Below, piece by piece: positions 37,186-47,366 of a DNA stretch of 64,000 nucleotides. The translations under genes and the position numbers were made by a program. Source of the DNA: Candidatus Bathyarchaeota archaeon (GTDB lineage: Archaea > Thermoproteota > Bathyarchaeia > Bathyarchaeales > Bathycorpusculaceae); NCBI GenBank assembly GCA_963811105.1, contig CAWEPZ010000011.1:1434332-1498331 (forward strand), written 5' to 3'. How positions within the stretch are numbered: the first letter of the stretch is position 1; the number at the start of each line of letters is the position of its first letter. A model generated the notes under the pieces. It searched no databases and was not told where the DNA came from. It saw only the letters and a program-made list of their open reading frames with translations.

Positions 37186-39636
37186 TCAAATGATTGGCTT
37201 TACGTTTGCCTGATGAATCAACCTTATCTTTATTTGATCATTTAGTACAATTCCAAAAACAAAGAACCAACCTAACACTATGACTACGTAAAGTAGTGGT
37301 ATTGGTGCCAATCCTGGTATCCCGATAACTGATAACAGTGAAGAGATGATTATATCAACAATAACTGCAATCAAGAGGGGCTTACTTGGTTTTGATTTCC
37401 AGAAATTGTCTCTTTCTCGTACCACAAAAATTGTGAATAACCCACCGAATAGCAGCATATCAAAGACAAACGTGTTTAACTGAGAAATATTTGAAAGATT
37501 CAAGTATGTTAACCCCAAGTAGAGTAGTCCAAAGGATTCGGCAACGATAAAGAGGCCTAAGATAATCGATGCCTTAAGAAGCGAAGCGATATTCCACGTT
37601 TCAGGCTTCTCTGAAGGCATAGTGTTATCGGTAGCAAGTGAAATAGTTACAAAATCAACTAAAAATAGTAATAATACAACTTGAAAGGCGTTGATAACGA
37701 ATAGCCCAGTAAAAAGGAATGCTAATACGACAAACACTACTATTTGGAAAGTCTTTACAATTTTGTTAAATATCCAAGTTAGAATTCTTTGATAAATCAT
37801 TCTTCCAGATACCACAAGACTTAGAATGTTTGTTAATCCTGGTTCAGTTAGAACTACGCTTGCGGCACCCTTTGCCACATCGGTTGCATTACTTACGGCG
37901 ATTCCGACTTCCGCTTGCTTTAGGGCTGGGGCATCATTTATGCCATCTCCCGTCATCCCAACTACGTGTCCTTCAGACTGTAGGGCTTTTACTATTTGGT
38001 ATTTGCCTTCAGGGTAAATTTCAGCGAAGCCATCGCTTTTTTCAACTATCTCTGCCGCAACTATCGCATCTTTGTTTGCCGTCTCTTTGATTTCAGGAGC
38101 CCGTGCTATTCTGTTGCCCAAATGTACTTCTTCAGCTACCTGCTTTGCAATCGGCAATGAGTCTCCCGTAAGCATTTTAACAGATATTCCAAACGCTTTG
38201 AGTTTAGCTATGATCCTTGCAGAATCAAGTCTAGGCTGATCATAGAGTGCCACTAAACCGGCTAGTTGCATTTTTGCCTCTTGTTGACTTACGGCTACTG
38301 CGATAATTCGGTATCCTTTGCTCGCGAAGGCTTCCATTTTTAAATCTAAATCTGCAAGATCTTTCCCTGTGATTCCAGACATCGGCGCTATTACTGCCAC
38401 CGCGCCTTTGGTGACGCGTAGTTCTTGTCCATTTTTCTCTAAAGCTGCTTCGGTTCTTCGGGTCGTTGGATCAAATGGAGTAAATTTTTTTTGGGTATAA
38501 TCATTTAAGGGCAGGTTTTTTTCTCGGGCTGCCGTCAGAAAGGCAATGTCTATGGAGTCTTGGTTTGCTTTTTGAGATGCCAAAGCACCAAATAACACAA
38601 CGTCATCTTTTGTGAAGTTATTGATTTCTATGACATCAGCTATTTTTAGCATATTCAATGTGAGTGTTCCTGTTTTGTCCACGCACAGAACATCCATGAG
38701 AGCAGCGTCTTCGGATGCGCTTAGGCGTGTAACTAAGACTCCTTTCTTTACGAGTTCTTGTGACCCAAGCGCCATTGTAATGGTGAACATTGTAGGCAGG
38801 GCCACTGGTATTGCTGACACCAATAAAATTAAAGCCAAAGATAGCATCACCAACAGGTTTAAGCCACGTATCCATGACACTGCAAAGGCAATAGCAAGCA
38901 AAACAACCACTAAAATTAGAAGCCACTTCATTAATCCAGAGATTACTTTTTCCATATGCAATTTTGGTTTGGCTAGCTGAACCAATTGTGTTGTTTTCCC
39001 AAAATATGTATGAGTGCCCGTAGAAGTCACAACACCCGTAGCTTCACCTTTTCGGATCATTGAACCAGAAAAGACTAGATCACTTTTTCTCTTTTCAAGA
39101 GGCATAGACTCTCCAGTAATTGCTGACTGATCTACAGTGATCTCGGCGTCCATGATTTTAAGGTCCGAGGGTACAAGATCACCTGACCTTATTCGGATAA
39201 TGTCGCCTGGAACCAACTCTACTGCACTAATTGTTGACCATAATCCAGCTCTTAGTACCCTTGCTTGCAGTTGCAGCTTCTGTTTGAGGGCTTTTACTGC
39301 CCTTGTTGCTTGCTGTTCCTGAAAAAAACCCATAAGTGCATTCACAAGCAGTAACGCCGCTATAATGTATAAGTCTAAAAAGTTACCTAAAACAAATGAT
39401 ATCACAATTGCTATTTCAAGCATCCAAGCTGTTAAACCCCAAAAGCGTTTTAAAAAAGCAATCACTGGATTCTGCTGCTTTTCCTTTACTGCGTTAGGAC
39501 CATATCGTTCGATTCTTTGTTTTACTTCTGTCTGGGTTAAACCTGTTGCTGGATTGATCTCTAATCGACTCAAAGTTTCTTCTACAGTTAGAACGCTGAA
39601 ATCATCGGAGGCTTGATTTTTATTTTCATATAGCAA
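37186..39636 (-). CDS. P3A plasma-membrane H+-ATPase
   Basis: [38 protein letters not shown]. Confidence 0.9.
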   Translation of the reverse strand: MLYENKNQASDDFSVLTVEETLSRLEINPATGLTQTEVKQRIERYGPNAVKEKQQNPVIAFLKRFWGLTAWMLEIAIVISFVLGNFLDLYIIAALLLVNALMGFFQEQQATRAVKALKQKLQLQARVLRAGLWSTISAVELVPGDIIRIRSGDLVPSDLKIMDAEITVDQSAITGESMPLEKRKSDLVFSGSMIRKGEATGVVTSTGTHTYFGKTTQLVQLAKPKLHMEKVISGLMKWLLILVVVLLAIAFAVSWIRGLNLLVMLSLALILLVSAIPVALPTMFTITMALGSQELVKKGVLVTRLSASEDAALMDVLCVDKTGTLTLNMLKIADVIEINNFTKDDVVLFGALASQKANQDSIDIAFLTAAREKNLPLNDYTQKKFTPFDPTTRRTEAALEKNGQELRVTKGAVAVIAPMSGITGKDLADLDLKMEAFASKGYRIIAVAVSQQEAKMQLAGLVALYDQPRLDSARIIAKLKAFGISVKMLTGDSLPIAKQVAEEVHLGNRIARAPEIKETANKDAIVAAEIVEKSDGFAEIYPEGKYQIVKALQSEGHVVGMTGDGINDAPALKQAEVGIAVSNATDVAKGAASVVLTEPGLTNILSLVVSGRMIYQRILTWIFNKIVKTFQIVVFVVLAFLFTGLFVINAFQVVLLLFLVDFVTISLATDNTMPSEKPETWNIASLLKASIILGLFIVAESFGLLYLGLTYLNLSNISQLNTFVFDMLLFGGLFTIFVVRERDNFWKSKPSKPLLIAVIVDIIISSLLSVIGIPGLAPIPLLYVVIVLGWFFVFGIVLNDQIKIRLIHQANVKPII

Positions 39637-39796
39637 TTAATCACCTGCCCTTGCTAAATAACCTAAAATTTATCCACTTTTAGCATATGTTTGTAAGACA
39701 AGAACGGATTAGAACCGTATTAAAATTACTCCGCTAGATACCAAACTGAATAAATTTCAAGCATGTTACTGATAAAGAAGTGATAGCTTTAAAACG

Positions 39797-40014
39797 GTGT
39801 GGTGTTGTGAATTGTTGTTTTCTTTTGTGGCCTTAGATCCTGTTGGCAATGTCAGTTTAGCTCTTCAAATTGTGATTTTGTTTCTATTGATATTGGGTCT
39901 GCCGTTTTTTAGGGGCCCGAGCAGTGAGAAGAATTTTATGTTGCACGGCTACTCGACTGTGATTGCACTTATCTTGCATACTACTCTAATATTTTTAGTC
40001 ATGGTTCCAACCTT
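39797..40014 (+). pseudogene. Truncated membrane protein (two TM helices)
   Basis: SLALQIVILFLL..HGYSTVIALILH..VMVPTF then runs into unrelated opposite-strand coding sequence. Confidence 0.5.
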
Positions 40015-40165
40015 TGATTCCTGTTCCAGTGCCTACGTCTAAGACTTTTTGTCCAGGCAAAAGACCGAAAAGTTGACACGAGTTGCTCTAAGAAAACTGA
40101 TAGTGCCTCAGTCTGGAAACGTTCGTCCCACGAGTGCGGTTTGAGTGAAAATCTTGGCGGGCTTT
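40015..40165 (-). pseudogene. Class I methyltransferase N-terminal remnant
   Basis: HSWDERF..LEQLVSTF, frameshift, GLLPGQKVLDVGTGTGI, then truncated. Confidence 0.65.
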
Positions 40166-40250
40166 CTCTGAATCACCTAAGACAGGCACTTTTTTGTTCA
40201 GTGACTGTTTGGTCATCACAGTGAGTTTTCGGGAGTTTAGGCACAGAGTC

Positions 40251-40560
40251 GCTAATTGCTCCGCCGACTACACCGCCCGCAGAGTGCAATCCTGCCCAAC
40301 CAGACACATTGCCCCACATTGACAGCGCTGGACCAGCCATAAAAAAAGTGCCTATAATGAATCCGGCGACGGCTGCTGAAAGAGTTGAAATGACGATTGC
40401 TATGGTTGTCGCGTTGAATGATTTTTTGAAGAAGTTGTTGAATCCAATGATTGTTGCTGTTAAGTCGAATATGAAGGCTGCGGCTGTGAAGCCTAAAAAT
40501 GTTAGAAGCGTTAGGTATTATTCTGGTTGCAGTATGGTGGCGTGGAGGACCAGCAAAATT
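40251..40560 (-). pseudogene. Membrane protein remnant (ECF S-component-like)
   Basis: Frame not in the ORF track: FLGFTAAAFIFD..STLSAAVAGFIIGTFFM..WAGLHSAGGVVGGAI, preceded by an in-frame TAA. Confidence 0.5.
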
Positions 40561-40860
40561 GGGCTGCGCAAAGATGGAGAACATGGATGACCCCGATCTT
40601 CGTCATTTGGGTAATATCTATTATTAACGGAGCAATCTTACATATTTTAGGAATGCTTTTAAATTTTCTATAAAGTGAACATTAATTTAATTTGTTCATG
40701 TCCCGCCTATTGGTATTCTTGAAGGTTTCTAAGGAGAAAGCATTAAAATTTAATATTAGCAAAAAAATTGGGTTATCTTGCCAATCTATAGTCTCATTTT
40801 ATGCCCTTATAAGTACACTAAAAAAAAGTGAAACTGTTGACAAACTAGAAAAGTCGTTAA

Positions 40861-41145
40861 CTACAAGGTTTTTGCAACCTCGCTTAGCGGTTTAACCGGC
40901 CGTATTTCAACAGTCATCTGACCGAAGAATTTCTTGATTGCTTCTGGATTCTGCGCGTCTATTGTAAAGAAGCCTTTGTGGTCTGCTGACGTGTCTGCTG
41001 GGCAGCTCATATAAGCTGCGACTAAACGGATTTCAGATTTTTGGATATTACCAGGGGAAAAAAGTTGCTTAAGCATTGCTTTACCTTCTGAGCTAACCAG
41101 AGGGCATTGAGTGGCAGGATGAGTGTGGGTTGCTTCATATAACAA
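40861..41145 (-). CDS. Small HxHxxxxCP...CP...H protein, copy B
   Basis: GGAGGTGA RBS then TTG; paralog of 31423-31707. Confidence 0.85.
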   Translation of the reverse strand: MLYEATHTHPATQCPLVSSEGKAMLKQLFSPGNIQKSEIRLVAAYMSCPADTSADHKGFFTIDAQNPEAIKKFFGQMTVEIRPVKPLSEVAKTL

Positions 41146-41310
41146 GTAAGTCACCTCCATTCTTTCGAAAATTGAAAATGAGTTTCGTTTTTGGTTTGGT
41201 ACTAATACCTTGTTGGCGGATGGGGATTTAAAATTTTCTCCGAAAGTTGGGTTGAACTTTCTATTTCAAAAGAAATGTAAATTAATGTTTAATTAAATTT
41301 ACTTATATGC

Positions 41311-42099
41311 GTGAATGGAATGAAGGTTGCGGTTTCTGGTAAAGGCGGAGTAGGCAAAACCCTCATTGCTGGTGGCTTAGCGCGTGGTTTTGCCCAGCGA
41401 GGGTTAAAAACTATGGCGATCGATGCAGATTCTTCGCCAAATCTTGGCTTGACGCTGGGTTTGTCGGTTGAGGAAACGCGAAAAATTATGCCTATTTCGG
41501 AAAATAAGACTCTTGTTGAATCTAAAACAAGCACTGGTTACTCAGGCGTTTACAATCTAAATTTTACAGTCGATGATATTGTGAAGCAATATTCTGTCGC
41601 CACCCCGTTAGGTGTGAACTTGATAGTTATGGGCACGGTGCAGTCGATGGGTGCAGGATGCATGTGCGCGCCTAACGCTGTCATCCGCGCTTTGCTAAGG
41701 CATTTAGTTGTTGAACGTAGCGAAGCGGTAGTTTTAGATTTAGAAGCGGGCGTCGAGCACATAGGCAGAGGTACAGCCAGACAAGTTGACGCATTGCTAA
41801 TAGTTGCCGATTCCAATCTGAAATCTTTAGAAATTGCAAAACACATTCATGATATGGCCAAAGATGCTGGAATGAAGCAGCTCTATCTTGTGGGGAACAG
41901 GGTTATGAATGAAGCTCAGAAAGAAGCCATTCAAATTTTTGCGGAAAGAAACGGTTTATCTCTGCTTACTTTTGTGCCTTTTGACCAAAAAGTAATAGAA
42001 GCCGATATGCTTGGTGAAACGCCGCTTAAAAACAAGGAAATCGAGGCGGTTAAAACCATAGATAATATATGCGAGCTTTTGCTTAAGAAAATCAAATAA
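41311..42099 (+). CDS. cooC: CODH/ACS nickel-insertion ATPase
   Basis: SGKGGVGKT, DADSSPNL, GCMCAP, DLEAGVEHIGRG. Confidence 0.92.
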   Translation: MNGMKVAVSGKGGVGKTLIAGGLARGFAQRGLKTMAIDADSSPNLGLTLGLSVEETRKIMPISENKTLVESKTSTGYSGVYNLNFTVDDIVKQYSVATPLGVNLIVMGTVQSMGAGCMCAPNAVIRALLRHLVVERSEAVVLDLEAGVEHIGRGTARQVDALLIVADSNLKSLEIAKHIHDMAKDAGMKQLYLVGNRVMNEAQKEAIQIFAERNGLSLLTFVPFDQKVIEADMLGETPLKNKEIEAVKTIDNICELLLKKIK

Positions 42100-42105
42100 T
42101 ACGCT

Positions 42106-42885
42106 TTGAGGTTTATGAAAATGAAAACTTTAGTAACAGTTGGTCGTGGCGGAACAGGAAAATCCAGTTTCACCGCTCTAATGGCTAAATGTTTTATTGA
42201 AGCTGGGCAATCTCCCTTGTTGCTGGTTGACGCTGACCCTGATCAGAACCTTGCTGAAATGCTTGGAATAGACCTAAAAGAGGCTGGAAAATCAACTATA
42301 GCCGATCTCCTCGTGAGTACATTCATTGAGCAAGGAGGTACCATTGTTGGCATTCCCCCAACTGAACGCATCGAAAGTAGGATTTGGGAAAACGGTTTGT
42401 ATGAGAGCAAGAATTTTGACTTTCTTGCAGTTGGCACTAAGTGGGTTGAAGGCTGCTATTGCATGCCAAACTCAGCTTTGAAAGGTGCGTTAGAGTCTTT
42501 AACTAAAAACTACAAGTACATAATTGTCGATTCTCCAGCTGGACTTGAAAACCTAAACAGGCGAATTACATCAAATGTTAATGACATATTCGATATTCTT
42601 GACCATTCAAAGAAATCAATGGACCATGTGAAACGAGCCTACAAAATAGCTAAAGAAGTTGACATGAAATTTGAAAACTTCTACTTAATCGGTGGCTATC
42701 GTTTTCCGCTTGAACTCGGCAAACAGGCTGAGGCTGATTTAAAATTCAAGTATTTGGGAAAAATCTCTGAAGACGAACAATTAGATGAGTATGTTCTCAA
42801 TGGGAAGTCGTTGCTTGATTTGCCGTCAGATAATAAGGCATATCTTTCGGTTAAGGTCATCTTGAAATCTTTAGGTTATTTATGA
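42106..42885 (+). CDS. cooC: Second CooC/AcsF-family ATPase
   Basis: GRGGTGKS, DADPDQNL, EGCYC, DSPAGLENLNR. Confidence 0.88.
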   Translation: MRFMKMKTLVTVGRGGTGKSSFTALMAKCFIEAGQSPLLLVDADPDQNLAEMLGIDLKEAGKSTIADLLVSTFIEQGGTIVGIPPTERIESRIWENGLYESKNFDFLAVGTKWVEGCYCMPNSALKGALESLTKNYKYIIVDSPAGLENLNRRITSNVNDIFDILDHSKKSMDHVKRAYKIAKEVDMKFENFYLIGGYRFPLELGKQAEADLKFKYLGKISEDEQLDEYVLNGKSLLDLPSDNKAYLSVKVILKSLGYL

Positions 42886-43040
42886 GCCTAATTCTTTACA
42901 CATTCGCGCGCTTCTTTTACATAATTTTTCTGAAACCTTCCGTTTCTATGATTTCTCCGTGACTTTTGCTTGAGAATCTGGAAAGGTTTAAAAAGATTGT
43001 CATGCAGCATAGAAGTAAACCTTTACAGAGGTTACCTAAT

Positions 43041-45389
43041 TTGACAACTAAAAACGTTAATGTAAAAATTGACGAAATGAAGACTAACTCAGGATTTATT
43101 AAAAATCTTGAATTATCCATTGGCAAAGTAATTAACGATAATTATACTGAGCCAATGGGGCCAACTCCAATGCCCTCCATGACCGCTCTCAGAGATTGGG
43201 ACATGAAACTTCTCGCTAAGTATAAGCCCTTCTACATGCCCGACTGTGATCTTTGCTGTCTTTGCACTTTTGGAAAATGCGATTTGACAGCTGGAAAACG
43301 CGGTGCATGCGGCATAGACATCGCAACCCAATCATCTCGTATTGTGATGTTGGCTTGTGCAATTGGAGCAGCCTGCCACACAGCACACTCACGCCATCTT
43401 CTTCACTCTTTAATTGAAAAGTATGGTCGAAGGTTCCCATTAAACGTCGGCGGATTAAATATAAAAGTTGAAGCACCAGTCAGCCGCCTAGTTACAGGTA
43501 TAAAGCCTGAAACACTCGGCGACTTAGATGATATTTTAACGTATACCGAAGAGCAAATCACCCAAATCCTTGCAGTAGGGCACACAGGCCAAGAAAGCAA
43601 CAACTTAGATTTTGAATCCAAAGCAATGCACGTTGGTATGATTGATCACGTAGGAATGGAAGTCGGCGACATCGCACAAATCTCAACCTTAGGCTTTCCA
43701 AAAGCTGATCCGGAAGCACCACTCGTAAAACTCGGCATCGCAAGCGTCGACCGAACCAAACCTGTCATTATGTGCATTGGCCACAACGTTATGCCATCAG
43801 TAGGAATAATCGATTACGCAAAAGACAACAAGGTCGACGACAAAATTGAGATTGTGGGCTTATGCTGTACTGCTCTTGATACCACACGATACTACAACCG
43901 TGCAAAAATAGTCGGTCCAATAAGTTGGGAGTTGAGGTTCATACGCGCGGGCTTAGCAGACGTAGTTGTACTTGACGAGCAATGTATCCGAACCGATATC
44001 AATGAAGAAGCCGCCAAAACTAACACACCCGTCATTGCAGCATCAGAAAAGAACTGTGTGGGCTTCAAAAACCGCACCAACGACCCGGCAGACGAAATTG
44101 TTGCTGACCTCGTTAGCGGTAAAGTCAAAGGCGTGCTAATTCTTGACGCAGAAAAAGTCGGTGAAGTTGCAGTCCGCGTAGCACAAAAAGTCGCTCCGCT
44201 CCGCAAGAGAAAGAACGTTCTCCCAAGCTTAGAGGAACTTACACAAATCGCGAAGACCTGCACACAATGTAAGAGTTGTCAACGTAACTGCCCACAAGAC
44301 TACGCAATTCCAGCGGCCATGAAAGCAGCAGCAAAAGGCGATATAACCCTTCTAACCGACCTCTATGAGACCTGTATTGGATGCGGAAAATGTGAAGAAG
44401 CTTGCCCACAAAAAATCATGATTCACAGCCTCATCATTAAAGCGGGCGAAAAATCCATGGAATGCGAAGATAACTTGTGCCGTGTTGGCAGAGGTGCAGT
44501 GTCAGACGTCGAAATACGCAACGTCGGCAGCCCAATCGTCCTCGGAGAAATCCCAGGTATCGTCGCAGTCGTTGGCTGCAGTAACTATCCGAAGGGCGGC
44601 AAAGACGTCTACGACATATGCAGAGAATTCGCCCTCAGACGATACATCGTTGTCCTGTCAGGATGCTCAGCTATGTCAGCTGGCAGCTACAGAAACGAAG
44701 AAGGCAAGACCCTCTATGAAGAATTCCCAGGCGGATTCGAAGCGGGAGGAGTCTTAAACGTCGGTTCATGTGTAGCAAACAGCCATATAGCTGGCGCAGC
44801 AATCAAAGTAGCAAACATCTTTGCAAAACGCCCATTAAGAGGCAACTATGAAGAAATCGCAGATTACATCCATAACCGGCTAGGTGCAGTGGGCTTAGCT
44901 TGGGGTGCATACTCACAGAAAGCTGCATCAATCGCAGCAGGATTCTGGCGCTTAGGCATACCAGTCCTCGTTGGACCACACGGTGTAAAGTATCGTCGTA
45001 TGCTCCTTGGCAGAGAAGATCACCCAGAAGACTTTAAAGTCTACGATGCGCGTACAGGCGACAAAGTAAGAGTCGGACCAGCACCAGAACACCTCTTCAA
45101 CTCGGTAGAAACTAAAGAAGAATGTATGGTTGCAATCGCAAAGCTATGCATTAGACCAAACGACACATGGAAAGGACGCAGCATAAAACTAAGCCACTAT
45201 GTTGACTTAAGCAAACGATACTTAGGCGTTATGCCAACTGACCTGCATCTATTCGTGAGAACAATGGCTGATGTACCAATGACAATGAAAGATGAATTCA
45301 CAAAGATACTTGAAGCACACGACTGGAAAGAAACAGTAATTCCGGACCCCACACTGCTTCCAAGAATGGTCCGAAAAATGAAGGAGTAA
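43041..45389 (+). CDS. cdhA: CODH/ACS complex alpha subunit
   Basis: CDLCCLCTFGKC, GHN, GLCCT, DEQC, two ferredoxin motifs, GSCVANSH; TTG at 43041 after GAGG. Confidence 0.96.
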   Translation: MTTKNVNVKIDEMKTNSGFIKNLELSIGKVINDNYTEPMGPTPMPSMTALRDWDMKLLAKYKPFYMPDCDLCCLCTFGKCDLTAGKRGACGIDIATQSSRIVMLACAIGAACHTAHSRHLLHSLIEKYGRRFPLNVGGLNIKVEAPVSRLVTGIKPETLGDLDDILTYTEEQITQILAVGHTGQESNNLDFESKAMHVGMIDHVGMEVGDIAQISTLGFPKADPEAPLVKLGIASVDRTKPVIMCIGHNVMPSVGIIDYAKDNKVDDKIEIVGLCCTALDTTRYYNRAKIVGPISWELRFIRAGLADVVVLDEQCIRTDINEEAAKTNTPVIAASEKNCVGFKNRTNDPADEIVADLVSGKVKGVLILDAEKVGEVAVRVAQKVAPLRKRKNVLPSLEELTQIAKTCTQCKSCQRNCPQDYAIPAAMKAAAKGDITLLTDLYETCIGCGKCEEACPQKIMIHSLIIKAGEKSMECEDNLCRVGRGAVSDVEIRNVGSPIVLGEIPGIVAVVGCSNYPKGGKDVYDICREFALRRYIVVLSGCSAMSAGSYRNEEGKTLYEEFPGGFEAGGVLNVGSCVANSHIAGAAIKVANIFAKRPLRGNYEEIADYIHNRLGAVGLAWGAYSQKAASIAAGFWRLGIPVLVGPHGVKYRRMLLGREDHPEDFKVYDARTGDKVRVGPAPEHLFNSVETKEECMVAIAKLCIRPNDTWKGRSIKLSHYVDLSKRYLGVMPTDLHLFVRTMADVPMTMKDEFTKILEAHDWKETVIPDPTLLPRMVRKMKE

Positions 45390-45405
45390 TCGGAGGAGAT
45401 AAACT

Positions 45406-45948
45406 ATGTCCTGTGAACCATGGCAATGTGCAGAAATAGCATCAACTAAAAAAGCAAACCCAATACAAAAACCCGAGATAGCAGTAGCAATGATCAAAAA
45501 AGCCCAACGTCCCCTTCTTATTGTGGGAAGTAACGCCACTGAAAGGTACATGGAAGGTAAGCAATTAATTGAATACCTAATTGATTTCGCTAACGCCTCT
45601 AAAGTACCAGTAGTGGCAACGGCCCATATGGTGGGAGAATTCCTAAAACGTGGATACCAACCAGCTGCATTTATGAACGCAATGGAGATTGGCAACCTAG
45701 TAGTTGATCCAACCTGGCAAGGCTTAGATGGTAAAGGACACCCAGACCTAGTTATGTTCGTCGGGTTACCTTACTATGTTGAATCATTAGTCCTCTGCGG
45801 ACTCAAACATTTTGCACCAGACCTAAAAACCATGACCCTTGACAACCTGTTTCACGTCCACGCAAGTTGGTCTTTCCCAAATGCAACCTTGGAAGATTGG
45901 GCTGCAAATCTTAAAGTAATGACCTCAAAATTTAATGGAGGAAATTAA
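45406..45948 (+). CDS. cdhB: CODH/ACS epsilon subunit
   Basis: EPWQ.AE, AQRPLLIVG, WQGLDGKG, LKHFA, HASWSFPN. Confidence 0.95.
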   Translation: MSCEPWQCAEIASTKKANPIQKPEIAVAMIKKAQRPLLIVGSNATERYMEGKQLIEYLIDFANASKVPVVATAHMVGEFLKRGYQPAAFMNAMEIGNLVVDPTWQGLDGKGHPDLVMFVGLPYYVESLVLCGLKHFAPDLKTMTLDNLFHVHASWSFPNATLEDWAANLKVMTSKFNGGN

Positions 45949-45953
45949 AAAAA

Positions 45954-47366
45954 ATGTCAATGTTTAAAGATATACCTGTCGAAGTTGGCGTAATATTCGA
46001 AGGCGAACGTATCCGAAGAAACGACATGCAAGTCGAACTTGGCGGACCAACAGTAAAACAGAAATTCGAATTAGCAAAAGTAAAACCCATGAACGAGATC
46101 GAAGATGGAAAAATCTCCATTATCGGTCCAGACTTAAAAGACATGAAAGAAGGCGGCGCATATCCATTTGGCATTCTTGTTGAAGCTGCTGGCGCAAAAC
46201 TAGACCAAGGTCTAGAAGGCGTTATCGAAAGGCGTATTCACGGCTACCTCAACTACATCGAAGGCTTCATGCACCTAAACCAACGCTATGACATCTGGAT
46301 ACGCATCGGCAAAAAATCTTTCGCAAAAGGCTTAAACAGCTTTGAACCAATCGGAAAAGTACTCCTCAGACTATTCAAGAGCGAACTGCCAATTATCGAG
46401 AAAGTACAAATTACCTTCATAACCGATCCAGCAAAACTAGAAGAAATGACTCCTGAAGCAATGCAAGCGTATGAATCACGCGACGCAAAAGCCAGAGGTC
46501 TCAAAGACTCAGAAGTGGATACATTCTACGGATGTGCACTCTGCCAATCATTCGCACCTAGCCACGTGTGCATAATAACACCACAAAGATACAGCAACTG
46601 CGGCGCAATTAGCTGGTTTGACGGCAAAGCCTCAGCAAGCATTGATCCTAAAGGTCCAGTCTTCGCAATTCCAAGAGGCGAAATAATAAACGAAGAGAAG
46701 GGCGAATTCAGCGGCGTCAACGAAGCAGCAAAGAAACGCACTATGGGCGAAGTTAGCCAAGTTTGGCTCTACACAGCATTTGATCATCCACATACTTCAT
46801 GCGGATGCTTCGAAGCAGTAACCTTCTACATCCCAGAAGTCGACGGATTTGGTGTGGTTAACAGAAGCTTCAAAGGTGCATCCGTAAACGGCTTGCCTTT
46901 CAGCACCATTGCAGACTCAGCGGCAGGCGGAAGACAAATCGATGGTTTCCATGGAATGTCTATTGAATATATGAGAAGCAAGAAATTCTTCGCTGCGGAC
47001 GGCGGATGGAACCGTGTCGTCTGGGTACCAAAAGAAGTAAAAGAAAAAGTGAAAGAATTCATACCAAAAGATGTCGTTGACAAAGTAGCAACTGAGGATG
47101 ACGCAAAGAACGTAGAAGAACTCAAAGCTTTCCTAAAGGCTAAGAATCACCCAGTAGTCGCGAAATGGGAAGCAGAAGAAGCACCAGCAGCAGAAACAGC
47201 AGCCGTACAATTTACCGAAGAAGCAGCGGGTACAATGATGCCAGTTGCAACAGCCTCGTCGCTTCCAATAATGGCCGGCGGATTCAAAATCATCCTCAAA
47301 GACGCAAAAATCTACGCTAACAAAGTAATCATAACAACTGTAAAGAACGAGAAAGAGAAGCGGTGA
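45954..47366 (+). CDS. cdhC: Acetyl-CoA synthase (beta subunit)
   Basis: EGERIR, FYGCALCQSFAPSH, HTSCGCFE. Confidence 0.96.
   Translation: MSMFKDIPVEVGVIFEGERIRRNDMQVELGGPTVKQKFELAKVKPMNEIEDGKISIIGPDLKDMKEGGAYPFGILVEAAGAKLDQGLEGVIERRIHGYLNYIEGFMHLNQRYDIWIRIGKKSFAKGLNSFEPIGKVLLRLFKSELPIIEKVQITFITDPAKLEEMTPEAMQAYESRDAKARGLKDSEVDTFYGCALCQSFAPSHVCIITPQRYSNCGAISWFDGKASASIDPKGPVFAIPRGEIINEEKGEFSGVNEAAKKRTMGEVSQVWLYTAFDHPHTSCGCFEAVTFYIPEVDGFGVVNRSFKGASVNGLPFSTIADSAAGGRQIDGFHGMSIEYMRSKKFFAADGGWNRVVWVPKEVKEKVKEFIPKDVVDKVATEDDAKNVEELKAFLKAKNHPVVAKWEAEEAPAAETAAVQFTEEAAGTMMPVATASSLPIMAGGFKIILKDAKIYANKVIITTVKNEKEKR

Noticed and set aside
40232-40250. GGAGTTTAGGCACAGAGTC as a solo IS end at a pseudogene junction
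   Set aside because: No partner inverted copy or transposase noticed; resemblance only.
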